DNA from: Azolla caroliniana | Lineage: Eukaryota > Plantae > Polypodiophyta | DNA: 64,000 nt | Assembly (NCBI GenBank): GCA_043228905.1 | Contig: JBHGNT010000002.1 | Coordinates: 19,778,001 to 19,842,000 of the forward strand | Direction of reading: 5' to 3' | Part shown: positions 46,048 through 60,080 of the stretch, piece by piece | How positions within the stretch are numbered: the stretch's first letter is position 1 | Layout: each line of letters begins with the position of its first letter | The notes under the pieces: generated by a model | The model's input: the letters and a program-made list of their open reading frames with translations, nothing else | Told to the model about the DNA's origin: nothing | The model's database searches: none | Made by a program: the position numbers and the translations under genes

Positions 46048-49000
46048 ATGGGTTTGGAAGCTTTGCAAGCTGAGGCTGAGGAGAAAGGAGTTTCTTCTTC
46101 TTCTTCTTCTTCTTCTTTACCTTTGGTTATAGGCCTTCAGCCCTTGGCTCTTGTGGATCAAGTTGCTCGAGTGGATTGGTCTCTCCTCAACTCCATCCCA
46201 GGAGAGCGTGGTGGCTCTCAGAGGGTAAAAAACAAACCAAACTCTGAACCACACATTTCTTCGGTTTTTTTCTTTCTCTTTTTCCTTTTTTGGTTGCTCT
46301 TTTCTATGAAGATTTCTTTTCTTTTCTCATTCTTTTTAATGTGTTTGAGAAATCATAAAAAATGATTACAGCTTGTGTAAATGAGTTCTCTTACTAGAAG
46401 AAATTCTGGTAGGTGCGTGTGTTTCTCTGATGCGTGAACACATGGAGGTATATATACATACAGGAAGGTCTTCACGTCCGCATATATGTTTATTGTATGA
46501 GCATTTGCCTTTTCATAATGTAAGTCCTTCATGTCTTATGAAGATGCTTTATCTAAACTAAACTAAACAATATATAGAAAATGGAAGCATTTTCAATTAG
46601 GATTCATTTATGTAGACACTGAATTCCCACTTTAGCAGCTGTTTTTATGCTTTGAATTGTGAATGCTTTTGTGAAAGGAAGGCTTCTGTGCCCACTTGAG
46701 AGTCTGAGTTGACTGTTGCACTTTGAGGATGCATATGTAAAAGTAACTCAGAAAAATACAAACAACACATCCTCAGTTGTTTCTCCATAAAATTACTCAT
46801 CGATTCACAATAGATCTTACCTAACCTTTCACTGCTTTAATTAAAAGGACATAACGTGATAAATTTCAATAAAAAATGGAAGGCATTCTACTTAAAAAAG
46901 AATGGTTGCCGTTTTCCATTTGGGTGAATGAAAATGATATTTCATTTTCTCTTTCTTCCATTTGAGCTACATTTCAAATTACAAGTTCCTATTATTGTAC
47001 TAGTTTCTTCCATCTAAATGTCATTTGAACTGAAGATTATAAATTATAATATTCGGAGATGATTGTAGGTGTCACCAAAGGAGCTACAACACATTCTAGC
47101 AGAGGTAAATTTGCACACATTGCCTCTAAATGGTGAGACCATGGCTATTCGCACATTGGCGGGTGGTAGTGTCGCTAATACTATTCGTGGATTATCTGGA
47201 GGCTTCCGTGTTCCATGTGCAATTGTTGGTACTCGAGGTGATGATGAACAAGGTCAAATGTTTGATGAAAATATGAAGTATTCTGGAGTTTGCCTTGACT
47301 ACCTGCGCATTAAAAAGGGGCCTACTGGACAGGTATACTTTGAAAAGTTCTTCTCCTTACTTTCTAGCCTGTAAGAAAATGTTTTCTAAGGAAAATATTT
47401 GAAATAACTCTGGGGTTTTCTTTTATTTTCTGAAAATGCCCTTAGTCAGCCACTGAGAGAGAAGATGAACTTGGCCATAGAATTGTTCAAGTGGCACATA
47501 TAGTTAAGAAAATAGGAGGGATTGAGCACAGGATTTTGCTTAAATAGTATATAACATTTGCTGTGTGGGAGGGGGTTCAGTACCATATTTTTCAATTCCC
47601 ACTATTTTCTCTTATTCCGTAAAGTTTTTTTTTTTAAAAACATTGCCCTATAAATGGCAATGCTATTGTTTTCAAATCTTGGTTTGTGGAAAGTGATCTA
47701 TAAAGCCAGTTGTCTTGACACTGGTGTTTTTATTATTTTTCTTGTATGGTTTAGATTGTGCTTTTCTGGTAGATATTGAAGACAAATTCCTGTAAATTTT
47801 TCTTCTTGTTATTATTGCCTTATCAATGGTAATACTATTATTGTCAAACCTTAGGTCGTGGAAAGTGATATGTAAAGCCATTTGTCCTAAAATTTGTGTC
47901 TTTTTGCTTGCATGTTTTATAGTGTGCTTGCTTGGTAGATATTGAAGGCAATCGAACAATGAGACCTTGTCTATCAGATGCTGTCAGGCTTCAGGTACTT
48001 ACCTATCTTGGTTCATTTTTTTATTGTTATCTATTGTGGCCTTTTAAGATTGATTCATAAATGTTTCAGGCAAATGACCTTACTCCACATGAATTTCGAG
48101 GTGCCAAGGTAAATATGAACTCCAATGCATGAAAATTTGGGAACAAATTTTGATCAATCTTTGGACATAATCTGCTTTTATTCATTGTAAGTTCAATTGT
48201 GTTTCAGTGGATTGTACTGAATGGCTATGGTTTATATGGAGAAGAGCTAGTAGAAAGAGCTGTGGATCTTGCAAAGGATGAGGGTGCACGTGTTGCTATG
48301 GACCTCTCTAGTTTCGAGGTGGCTTTCCATCATTGATTGTATAGGATGGCTTTGAAGTTCATTAGCATATGTATTTTTGCTTTGTCATGTGTATAAGTTC
48401 TCCACAACTGTGATCAGATGGATTTATTCTTTGTTTCCATTTACTTTTGGGATCAAACTGATTAGGTTATCAGGAGTTTTCGGTCACGCCTGATCAAGTT
48501 GCTGGAGTCGAGGAAGATTGATTTATGCTTTGCGAATGAAGATGAAGCAAGGGAACTGATGAGGTAACATGATGAAATACTTAGAATTATGAAATCTGCT
48601 TTGTTTTTAATACACTAATGCTAGTCACAATTATTTGTATTTTATATGCTGCTTGTTGCATTTGTAGGGGAACCACCCACAACAAGAGTGACCCTGAGCA
48701 GGGCCTTTCCTTCTTGGCTCAATATTGTTCATGGGCTGTGGTGATGCTCGGATCAAAAGGCTGCATAGCTCGCCATGGAAACGAGGTTCATAGTTTTATT
48801 ACATTATTGGCAAATGATTTCTTCAGCTGGCAACAATAGCTGCTTGAATTAGTCAGAAGTCTGAATTGTGTTTAATATGATCGATTAGACATTGTTAGCT
48901 ATGTATATAGGATATGATATATCTATCTGTGTATCTATGTTATTAGATATTAGAGGACGGAGAAGAATGTGTGAGAACATCGATCTAAAATCAGCAACAA

Positions 49001-49540
49001 ACAATGGGAAGATTGTCCATTTTATGTAAATAATTAAGAATATAAACAGGGAACTGATGGAAATGCTCCTTATATCTCTAGGAAGGCCCAATATGTTACA
49101 TTCCCAAAGCATTCTATAATTTTTGGAAAATGAGGGAGATTTTGGTAAATCTCTCTCATAAAAAAAGAAAAATATAACTAGAGCTAGATATAAATAAATA
49201 AAAATATAGCCAGCAAATATGACTCACGGAACCCAAAAGCACTAACAAATTAGCTCCTCTATACACATAACGAATTTTCATGGATTGTTTTCTACAGGTA
49301 GTGAGAGTTTCAGCTATTGAGACCAAGGTGGTGGACACGACGGGTGCAGGAGATCTATTTGCAAGCGGGTTTCTCTATGGAATGATAAATCGCCTATCCT
49401 TGAGGGATTGTTGTAAGATAGGATGTTGTGCGGGTGCTGCAGTGGTAAGAGACCTGGGTGGGGAGATAACACCTGAGAATCGGATATGGATGTTTCAACA
49501 ACTAGACTCTCAAAACCTTCAATCCAGCCATCTTTATTAA
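46048..49540 (+). CDS. pfkB/ribokinase-family carbohydrate/nucleoside kinase, 8 exons, about 373 aa (resembles the Arabidopsis At1g19600 type from memory)
   Basis: Exons 46048-46224, 47069-47332, 47923-47994, 48070-48108, 48208-48318, 48466-48563, 48668-48785 and 49298-49540, all GT..AG and in phase. Motifs AGGSVANT, GDDEQG, GNRTMRPCL, FANEDEA, LGSKG and the pfkB signature VDTTGAGDLFASGF. Confidence 0.95.
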
Positions 49541-50689
49541 TATCTAACCCCATTCTCTCTCATTCCTATTAACCAATCATTTCCTCGAATGCAAAAGATG
49601 GGCTTTCTTGAATGTATGCTCTAACCTCTTCTCCTACCCATGCCTTGCTTTTGTTACAATAAAGGGGAGTTTCTTTGTTTTAATTGTCTTCTTTTTTTCC
49701 CTCCTTTTTCTTCTAGTTTTTATAGGTTCCGTTTCCGCAGTTAGTTTTGACAGCTTATTTTCTTTGTTCTGTGTTAATGGCTGCATCAATTGTAATTGAC
49801 AATAGACAATTGAAATCTGTTTGGAAATAATGAAAATGAATGTGATTGTTGATTTGTACGAGATTAAACTCTTTGATATATGTGATTGTTCCTCTTTCAT
49901 ATGATATAGAAAGTTTGATCAGATATGATACAAGAAAGATTTATTTATGATAATCCCTTGTATAGAGATGCCTCATTTTCTTCTGACACAATGGGCAAAA
50001 CTACTGTTTTTTGTAAACGCATAACAATGGATGTAAGTGAGGCAACCTGCATTCTTTGTTCAAATAAAGTGCTTAGGATGATAAGTATTTTGTTGAGGAT
50101 GTTGACAATTTGTACTGTCCTCAACAAACTGTCATAATTAAGGGGCAAGATAAGCTGTTTTTGGTTTCTTTTGGATTAGTTTTTCTTGATGATGAAGTGA
50201 TGATGATATTTGCCATTTTTTATGGCAAAGGAGCATGAGCCGTAGGTATGATATATAAATCGGCTATATGCAACTGAAGAACATCAATATTGAACTGCAC
50301 GTCAGCCAAGTTAGGACACCAAAGATGATTAATGTGGAGGGAGCATGCTGGAATCTTCACATGCACATTTGTGTAACAGTGAGTGTTTTACAAGCTATGT
50401 GTGTAAAGGCTCAACAAAATCTTGCATTGGCACAGAAGACAATCATGGCAAGAACATTTACAGGGTATTATATGAATATCGTTTTTTTGTATGAAGAATG
50501 CTTGATTCAACAACAATCCAAATCAAACATCAAGCATCATCAAAAAACATGAAAAGCTCCAACCACTATTGATACAAGTGCATTTTCCTTGCAATGAGAT
50601 GCCACCTTTTAGTAATGCTATAGCCTATACACCACAATAGAGAACAATCACATTGAAAATGATCAAACAAAGCCACATGTCCCAAGCTA

Positions 50690-52680
50690 TGGGTCCAATG
50701 TTAGTGTCAAGTAAACAAATTCGTCATGTTTAGGTTTTAGTTCAAGGTATGAATGCTAACAATTTGGTCACGAATATATAATTCACCTTCCACAAACCAT
50801 AGATTGGAAATAATTCCTGCGTATCTTATTATGGTTTTCTAATATTCACTAATGACATGAAACAATTTGATATGAAAATCTAGCTGGAAACTACTTATGT
50901 TGCTATACCCTTAAAAATGTTTTCCCAGTAACGTTTTGTTCCATGGGAGTATGTGCATAGCTAATTATTTCCATACTATGCATCATAGTTCCCATTGGAA
51001 TCATGCTTATTCATTGAATCCTTCCTATAACTTTCCTGTTATTGCCACATTTGTATACATTCTTGCCAATTTCTTCATGGTCATGGTTCTTGTTCTTGTT
51101 GTTCCTATATATGAATCTGATATTGGCACCATGTTTTTTCCTTCTCAGGAAAAGAGTACATTGAGTGCAATTGAGTGCTTGACATCTCTTTTAAATAATT
51201 TCGTTCATCCATCGTTCGAAATCAAAGGTGTTTCTTTGACTTGGGGACAATTCTTTTTACTCTAAGAGAATATTCCTCGTACTTCTCATTTCCTTCTACA
51301 CAATAGTCAATATTCACCAACAATGCTTGTTCCTCATAAATGATAGACACAATCACATTACAATCGATCTTCAAGAATTTTCCAATTGGCATTCCAGTTT
51401 TCCAAGAGGATCACTACTCATACTATTACAAGAGGTCTCCTTAGATCAATAGGATAACCCAAAATTCAACATACTCATGTTTCAGTTGGTTTTAGTAGGA
51501 ATGCACTCATTCCTCATTCCATGAAGGCTCCATTTCAGCGAGCCCATTGCATTCCACGAGCAACAATTCCTCAATGTGTGAAGACTCCATTCTAGACGAG
51601 CCCATTACATTACATGATTGCCTATTCCTTTGAGGGTAGTTGACACCTAGGGTGCACTAAACTTAAAAACTCAACCACAAACTCCCAAGCAACGTACCCC
51701 CATGCACACTTCTTCACATCAAAACCATGAAACTAATTTACATGGTTTAGAGCTGCAATACTAGGAAACCCAAGAAGAGATTAAAGTGGTGGAAAAAGAG
51801 ATTGATCTATGAACCACTTAATTGGCCAAGACGAGACAATCCCAACTTATAACCACCAAAATTGATGGCCTGAGTGTTGATGAGGGAAAGAGAGTAAGGG
51901 AGGTTGATTCTAGCCATCGACGAGAAGCCCATTTCTCGAAGACTTTACTTGAAGAAATTGCTCAAAGGCCTTGGTCGGCGTAATTCCTTGGACAAAGGTT
52001 TCCTTGAGCTAGGGTCTCCTCAAACCAAGGTTTCCTTGAACTTGGTTTACTTGAGTGAGTGTTTTCTCGAATCACATTCCTTGAAAGAGATATTTCCCAA
52101 AAGGGTATTACACAAAGGGTTCCAAGTATTCTCCCATGTCATCATGTCTACCCTAGTTCAAGTACCTTGCCATCCCACTTGAGTAACTCACACACTCACG
52201 TTTATACAACACCATAATTCTTAAATTGAGGCTAATAAAGAGTCTATGTGATGCCATTATGCACATGAGTGAATGGAAGTTCTTGATAAAATATTCTAGA
52301 ACAAATGTGTTTGTATTGTGAACCCAATTTATGGTGCATAATTGATGCATATCAAAAGCTTCACAAATGCCTATCGTCATTAAGCACATCAAGTGCATAA
52401 GAGTAATACTTGATTAGTTAAGATGAATGACCAACACAATTCCACATGAGATAATGAGATAAGAAAAAATGACTCTAAAGAAGTCTCTCTAACATCTGAT
52501 GGAGTTGTCAACATGCATGCTCTTGCAAACTTTCCAATCTCTAACCAATTTGTTGCTAAGAAAAGCTAACTCTAAAGAAGACTCTCACATCTCATGTAGT
52601 TGTCAATATACATGCAAACTTCCAATCTCTAACCAATTTGGTGCTGAAAGAACACCCTAATTTGATACAACCGTCAAATA
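50690..52680 (-). mobile_element. Very degenerate LTR-retrotransposon relic (gag/protease-like)
   Basis: Only weak remnants (an ILGYP-like protease end near 51460 and a PBS-like TTTGATACAA at about 52661). Boundaries are poorly defined. Confidence 0.3.
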
Positions 52681-53708
52681 TTTCAAACATATACTCCTAG
52701 ACCAATAAGACATTTCCCAAACATCAAACTACATGATTGAAAATGTACTTGCATAACATCTTCATCCATGAGATAATATGCAAAGAAAAGGAATAAGCAA
52801 ACAACTTTCATATGGTGAAAATGAAAGTTATATAGAATTTGGAATTTCCCATGGGAGTGCTTGGTTGGAGTTCTACCCATAGGACTGTCACTACAATCTC
52901 CCATGCAACTTCTAGGAGATGTAGATATTGTCAATGAAATTGTACTTCATGTGCATTGGAGTTGCCCATACACAGTTACAAATAATCAATGATCAACCCC
53001 AAGTTGTCAATTTATCTCTACATGTATTCTTAGAGTGTACAATTTGTGTTAGCACCCCAAATGAGGAGTAGCTATTGTGAAACCCTACCATATGGGTTGA
53101 TGAGTTGTCAATGTAGGAAATTGTAGATGAGTAGGATAAAATGTCTTTAGGAATGAGGGAAGTAGGGTAATAGGATTGACTAGTTAGGTCAACTAGAGGA
53201 ATATTCTTTGTTGGTAAGTTAAGATGTAGTTAGTCTTGAAGTATGTGCGATTGGCTTTAAGATAAGTATTAAATAGTACTAGCTTGTATCTAGGGAATTG
53301 GGTCATATTAAATGACAAGTGAGTAGATAGAAAAGGAATATCTCCACTACTATAAACTAACTTGCACATCTAATGTGACAATGAGAACAAATAGAGAATA
53401 TAAATATCCACTCTCTCTCTTACACTGTAGTTGTGACTATTATATATGTTCACTAACTTTGTAGTTGACTAGTACAAATCCCATCTAAGCTCTAAGGCAT
53501 AAGTGTATGGAAGGACTACCATTGTGAGTTACTCTCATATGTAATAGAAAGTTTGTTTCGCATATACATCTTCGTGAGTGTAACTCTATATGTGTATCTA
53601 ATTGATTCATAGTATTTCTAACATGATATCAAAACCTACAGGTTGATCTAGCTTAGGTATATATGGGCAGTTGTTGTCTAGCAAGAGAGAGAGAGAGAGA
53701 GAGAGAGA

Positions 53709-55520
53709 TTATATTATCATCTTCGGAGGTCAAATATGACCTATGAGACCAAAAATATTACATTTCACGTGATACGTGTGAAAGTGAGTAGTGACTCTCG
53801 ATGTTCAAGAACTTTACCAATGAATATTGCAATCGAGAGTGCACATTGTGGTTGTGAGAGGAATGCATGCAAAGATTGGGCTCGGTCGAAGAGATGTGGA
53901 AAGCATGAAAAATATGATCAAAGGCAGAGCATTGTATCAAAGTGTGATAATAAGACTCACGAACTTGTTTAGGGCAAAGTTTTCATAGCCGACCACTCTC
54001 ATCACTTATGCCCCAACGCCCTGTTTCACATTGCAATGCATGTGAGCTAAGTCGCATGGAAGCAATGATTCGAATGGCAGATAACGGTATGGGCTCTAAC
54101 ATGTATTGATGTGTACAATTTCCCCGTTCCGCAAAGAATATGGTTTTGTAGTTAGGTGCAACATGTGTAGTATAATGTGTGAAGCGCGGGCCTCCACATT
54201 TGTCCCATGTCATGATACATTGGCGTTGCAAAAAGGCCTCATTTACAGAGGAATCTAATTATGCATCATGAAGCAAGCGTCTCACATCCCATCTACCAAA
54301 CCATTTTTCTATATCTTGCATCCAACCGGAACACAAAATTTTACTTTTATGCGTCTTTTGGATCTTTTTGCTTGCTTCTCACGCAATTCTAGGAAGTTGA
54401 TGTGAGGGAATTTTTTGAACCTTAAGCATGTATTCAACAACCCTTTCCATGGCCATGATCTCAATGGGAAGCGATCCCGTCTCAAGGAGGACAAGGGTGT
54501 AGGGCGTTTGTGTCTAAACTCGTAGAAACTTTGTAAGAAAATGTTTTTGGACATTTTCAAACTCTTTCCACATAGATTTAGGGATGCTACCGCCCCATAC
54601 TTCCACCCCATAGAGAAGAACCAGTGTCATCAAAGTGTCGAAAAGATATTTCTTGAGGACCCAACACTTAATATCTCCAAGATTGCATGTGTTCTCAAAT
54701 GCATAGTGTTCTCTAAGCGGCGTGTAGCACATTCATTCCATCTATGATTTGAAGGAACTTCAAGGCCAAGATATGTGAAGCTTTCCACACATTCAAGCGG
54801 CTCATTGTTGTACATAATGCATGGTTTATCTCTTTTTTGGCTCTTCACAAGCATAATCTTTGTTTTAGAGCTATTGACACTTAATTTAGTATGCATGCAA
54901 ATTTTTTCCAATGCCTTCATAAGCTTTTGTGCATCTCCTAAAGTATTTGCAAAAAGCACAACATCATCTGCATATAGCAAAAGCATAATCACAACATTCC
55001 CAATGGCAACTTCTTCAACACATTCTTCCTTTGCAAACTTGGTAAACATTTCTTCCAATTCATCAATGCAGAGACCAAATAGTGTTAGTGAGAGTGGGCA
55101 TCCTTGCTTAACACTAATAATGCTTTTGAAAAAATCTGAAAGTTTATCTCCCATGCGCACACAACATATAACCTTCTCATAAATTCGGGAAATTGCAAGC
55201 ATATATTCACTTGGCACCTCAAGTTTTTCCATTCGCCTCCAAAGATGCTCACGAGGTACCATATCAAAAGCTTTCTTGAAGTCTACAAAGCAACAATATA
55301 AACATTTACCTCTAAGGCGACTTTCCTCCATTAATACTCAAAGGGTGATAAGGTGATCAATGGTGCTATGGTGTTTCCGAAAGCCAGCTTGTCCATAAGC
55401 TCTCTTACCATTTTTTTCAGCCCATACACTTATCTTTGATTCCATTATACATCCATAGTTTTGCCATTAATGAGCCAACCATGATGGTTCGATAATTGTT
55501 TACATTATTTATGGACAAGC

Positions 55521-55523
<3 letters not shown>
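53709..55523 (-). mobile_element. 5'-truncated LINE family B copy 2 (RT to 3' end), flanked on both sides by (AG)n
   Basis: RT ORF 55331-54630 (CCFVDFKKAFD, VKQGCPLS, LYADD), then LLYGVEVWG and SSHALQCETGRW. 3' hairpin at 53727-53742. (AG)n at 53684-53708 and 55523-55562. Confidence 0.9.
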
Positions 55524-55565
<42 letters not shown>

Positions 55566-55769
55566 ATCGTCCGCTACTCCATTGCACATTCACACCTCCA
55601 TTGTTCAACTATACACGATGAAAGTTCAAAATGTCTACCATCTTGGACTTATACTGGTTGTTGGAGACAATAATGGGACCCACACGAGGAGACCTAAGCC
55701 CCACCTTCAGTGCGCACAAGGAATATTATGATATGTCAACGACACTAAGGACAGGGGATTGTTGTATCA

Positions 55770-57197
55770 GACCGGTACTGCTGAATAGGTGGTTGGCTAC
55801 ACGGATGCCGATTCGGCTGGAAATGCTGGTGATCGCAGGTCTACATCAAGCTTCACTTTCGCTAGGAAGTGTTGTGATCATTTGGAGCAGCAAGAAGCAG
55901 CCGACAATTGCATTATCGAGCACGGAGGCCGAGTATCGAGGAGGAGCTGTCACACACATGCGAGGCCATATGGCCAAAACGGCTACTACGGGATTAGTAG
56001 GTGGAGGTCTCTGATCCGACGACAATCTACTGTGACAACTTTAGCAACATCCAGTTAGCGAAGAACCCCGTCTTCCATGCCCGGACCAAGCACATTGAGG
56101 CGCACTATCATTTTGTCCATGAACAAGTCCTTTCTAGTGAAATCGAATTGGTGTATGTTCCGACGGATCGGCAAACTGCCAATATCTTCTCCAAACCCCT
56201 TAGTCTGGACAAGTTGCAACAATTCTCAAGTGCGGTTGGTTTGAAGCATGTCGATGTGCCGAACTTGAGGGGAAGAAATAGTGAAAGGAGTGGAATAGAC
56301 CGGAAAGCTGTATCGGATGAAGAGTTCAATTTCAACTCGGCTTAAGAAGTCGAAGACGGATACAGGGGGAGCAACCAAAGATATGAGCCCAAGCTGGAGA
56401 CAACCGAACAAGGGGTAGGTAAAGCGAAGAAGAGTAGAGAGGCTAGGACCAAGACATGGTCGGATGTGGTCAAGGGCCTGAAGGTAGATGACGAATGGTT
56501 TGATTCAAACGAGTAGAATCATATAAAGGCCGACATGAAGAAAGGGCAGCTGAAGCCGACACCGAAACGAAGGAATTGTCAAGTTGATGAGCGCCGAAGT
56601 CGCGATAGCAAGGGAACTGAGAGAGGCCTTATGAGCAAACAAGCTAACGGAAAGGGTCGAGATGCAGAGAACCAAAAGGGCAGAAAAACGAAGGATCAGA
56701 GGGGTCATGGAACGTAGAACCGGACCGGACAAGGAGCATAGGCAAGGCGTGAAGACTCCAGGAGGAGTCGGAAGGTTGAGCCGGTAGAGAAGATGGAACC
56801 TCAAGTAGAGCTTGAGGGGGAGTGTTGAGCGAGCAAGCTCAACTTAGGCTGGATCGGACGGAGACTAATAGGCGAGGCCAGATCGGGGAGCCGGAAGGCC
56901 ATTGGAAAGATATACCACGAAGGAATATATTTGGGAGTTAGTGTAGGAGCTCTTTATGAGCATTCAAGTATTGGTGGTACTTGTGTCAATTCTTTTAAGG
57001 ACTTGTATAAAAGTGCTCTCTCAGCACATTCGATGTACAAAATAGAGTATTATTTTGAAACTAAGTTTTGTTGTTTGTCTCTCTCTCTCACACGTATTGT
57101 TCTCAAGCTTTCCTTTAAACCTGCGTCTCTGTCTTCTATTGCTATCCGGTCAAGCCGGTTGTGGTTTGTGTGTAGCTTATGCACGGTAATTTCTACA
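55770..57197 (+). mobile_element. 3' part of copia C5 (RNase H, PPT, 3' LTR), related to C2/C3
   Basis: GYTDAD, WSSKKQPTIALSSTEAEY, IYCDN..HARTKHIE, PPT TTGAGGGGGAG at 56812-56822, and LTR 56823-57197 (TGTTGAG..TTCTACA). Confidence 0.85.
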
Positions 57198-60080
57198 ATA
57201 TACCTAGAGCAAACATTATAAGTGTGTGATCCAGATGTTAGGGTCTTTGTAGAGAGAGAGAGAGAGCTTGCGTGTAAACACAGTTAGAGAGATATCTGTT
57301 ATATGACCCCTAAGGGGAACACTCTATTGTGCAGAGGTTGTAATCTGGCTTCCTTCTCTTTGTATACCCAGTAATATAGTGAAGATCTGTTTTCCCGTGG
57401 TTTTCCCCTATTTTAGAGTTTTCTAGGTAAAACTTGTGTATTTTTCGAGTACTGCGCATATTCTTGTATCTTGTTGGTTTCTGTTTCCGTGTTGTGTATT
57501 TTTAGTAAATCTATCCCGTCTACTTGTGGTCCATTTCTTGACAATTTGGTATCAAAGTGACAGGTGCAAAGATGGAAGGAGGTGTGAGTGGTTTCCCAGG
57601 AATGATGGTCTTGAACTCACACAACTACGCAGATTGGAAGATCAAGATGGAAGATCTTCTCATTGTCAAAGATCTGTACGAGCCCATCGACAAAGAGCAA
57701 ATACTCACGGGGGTATTAGAGTTTGAATGGAAACTCCTCAACAGGAAGGCGGTGGCCACCATCAGACAATGTGTAGAGGTAAGTGTCCTTCAACATGTGG
57801 CAAATGACACAAATGCCTACGAGATGTGGTAGAAACTATCAGGGTCGTACGAGAGGAAGAATGCTCTCAACAAGATGTCTTTGATGAGAAGGATAGTAAG
57901 GCTGAAGTACAGGGATGGCGAAAGCATAGTGGAACACATCAACACATTCATGGGGCTAATAAATCAACTTGCGACAACCAAGTTTCCCAAGATGTCTTTG
58001 ATGAGAAGGATAGTAAGGCTGAAGTACAGAGATGGAGAAAGCATAGTGGAACACATCAACACATTCATGGGGCTAATAATACAACTTGCGACAACCAAGT
58101 TTCCCCTGGATGATGTTATGCAGGCCTTGCTGTTGATGTGTACCCTACCGGACAACTAGGAGAACTTGATGGTAACCCTCGACACCTCATGTCAAGAAGA
58201 AAACTTGTCCTTGCAAGTGGTAAAGACAAGCATCTTGAACGAGGAGACTAGAACTTAGGAAGGACAAGGGTTTCTTGTTCCAATTGGAGTCAAATATGGC
58301 TCAACATTCCAGCAGAGGAAGGAACCAGCAAAGAAACGACAAATCCCATGCCCGATCCAAGTCCAAAGGTAAGCTTACATGCTTTTATTGTGGAAGCTTG
58401 GACACTTCCAGAAGGATTGAAGACACCATAAGAAGGAAAAAGTTACCTCAAAGGATGTCGAACCCAGAAGGATGTTGAACCCGAGCACAGAAAGAGGGCA
58501 CATTATATATGATGCATGCCCGACTATGCAAGTCGGAACCAAATGTGGCAGCTTACTCGAGTGGAGATTTGTGGCATAAGAGACCAGGCCACATGAGTGA
58601 AAAGGGAATGCATATCTTTGTTGACCAGAAAATCCTTCCAGAAGTGAAAGGAGTACACTTGGAGGAGTGTGTTGACTGCTTGGTCGGAAAGTAGAACAAA
58701 GTTGCATTCCACACGAGACCACCAAGGAGGAGAGAAGTTGCACTGGAACTAGTGCACACCGATGTGTGCTATGTAGATGCCCCATTGCATCAAGATGGAC
58801 AATACTTTATGAAGTTCATAGATGACTATAGTCGAAAGTTGTGGGCTTTCGTACTAAAGTCGAAGGACCAAGTACTGTCATTCTTTAAGGAGTTCCAAGC
58901 AAGAGCCGAAAGAGAGTCGACTTGGAAGCTACAAGTTGTCTGAACCGACAACGATGGAGAGTATAAAGGGCAGTTCGAAGAATACTGCAAGGCCAAGGTA
59001 TTCGAATCGAATACACAATGCCCAAGACCCTAAGTTGAACGAGCTTGTAAAGAGGATGAATCGGACAATAATGGAGAGAGTAAGGAGCATATTGTCGCAT
59101 GCTAAGCTGCCGAAATCATACTAGGTTGAGGCGATGTACACAATTGTTTATCTGATCAACATGCCTCCCTCACTTCCATTGAAAGGTGATGTCCGATAGA
59201 GAGTGTGGACAGGAAAGGAAGTCTCCTATAAACATCTGAGGGTGTTCAGATGTTTGGTGTATATGCATGTGTCTAAGGATCAAAGGTCGAAGCTCGATAG
59301 TAAGTCGAAACAATTCATATTTCTCAGGTACTCGGAGGACAAGTTCGGCTATAGGTTGTGGGACTTAGTCGACAAGAAAGTAGTGAGGACTCGTGACGTA
59401 GTCTGCTTGGAAGACAAGACAATTGAGGACTGGAAGCAATAGAAGTCGGAACCAACTTCCCAATCGACTCCCTCTACCGTCGACACAAGACCAGTCGAAC
59501 TGATACAATCGGTTGTTTGGAGACAACCAGTCGGCACAACGGAATCCGAGTTAGTCGACTCGGAGCAACCGACCAATACATATAAGCCGGAGTTGGCAGA
59601 CCTATTGAAGTCGATCGAGGAATACGAGTAGGAGTTGGCTAACCCTGAGCAATAGATCGACATGTATGAACCCGAGCCGACTGAAGAGTCGGCAGGAACA
59701 TCCGAAGACGAGGAGATCTACATGCAGTAGCCCGAAGGCTTTGTAGAGAAAGGTAAAGATAACTTGGTGTGCCGATTGAAGACAACCTTGTATGGGTTGA
59801 AACAAGCTCCACGCCAATGGTATAAGAAGTTTGAATACTTCATGTTGGAATATGGGTTCACAAAATACAAGATGACCGTTGTGTGTTCGTAAAAAGGGTA
59901 TGGTGAAGGCGACTTCTTAATTCTCTTATTATATGTGGATGACATGTTGATAGTCAGACAAGACACGAAGAAGATCGTGAGCTTAAAGAAAGCTTTAGGC
60001 AAGTTGTTTGCCATGAAAGATCTTGGTCCAACTAAATAGATATTGGGGATGCACATAGTTCGAGATAGAACTAAGAGCGG

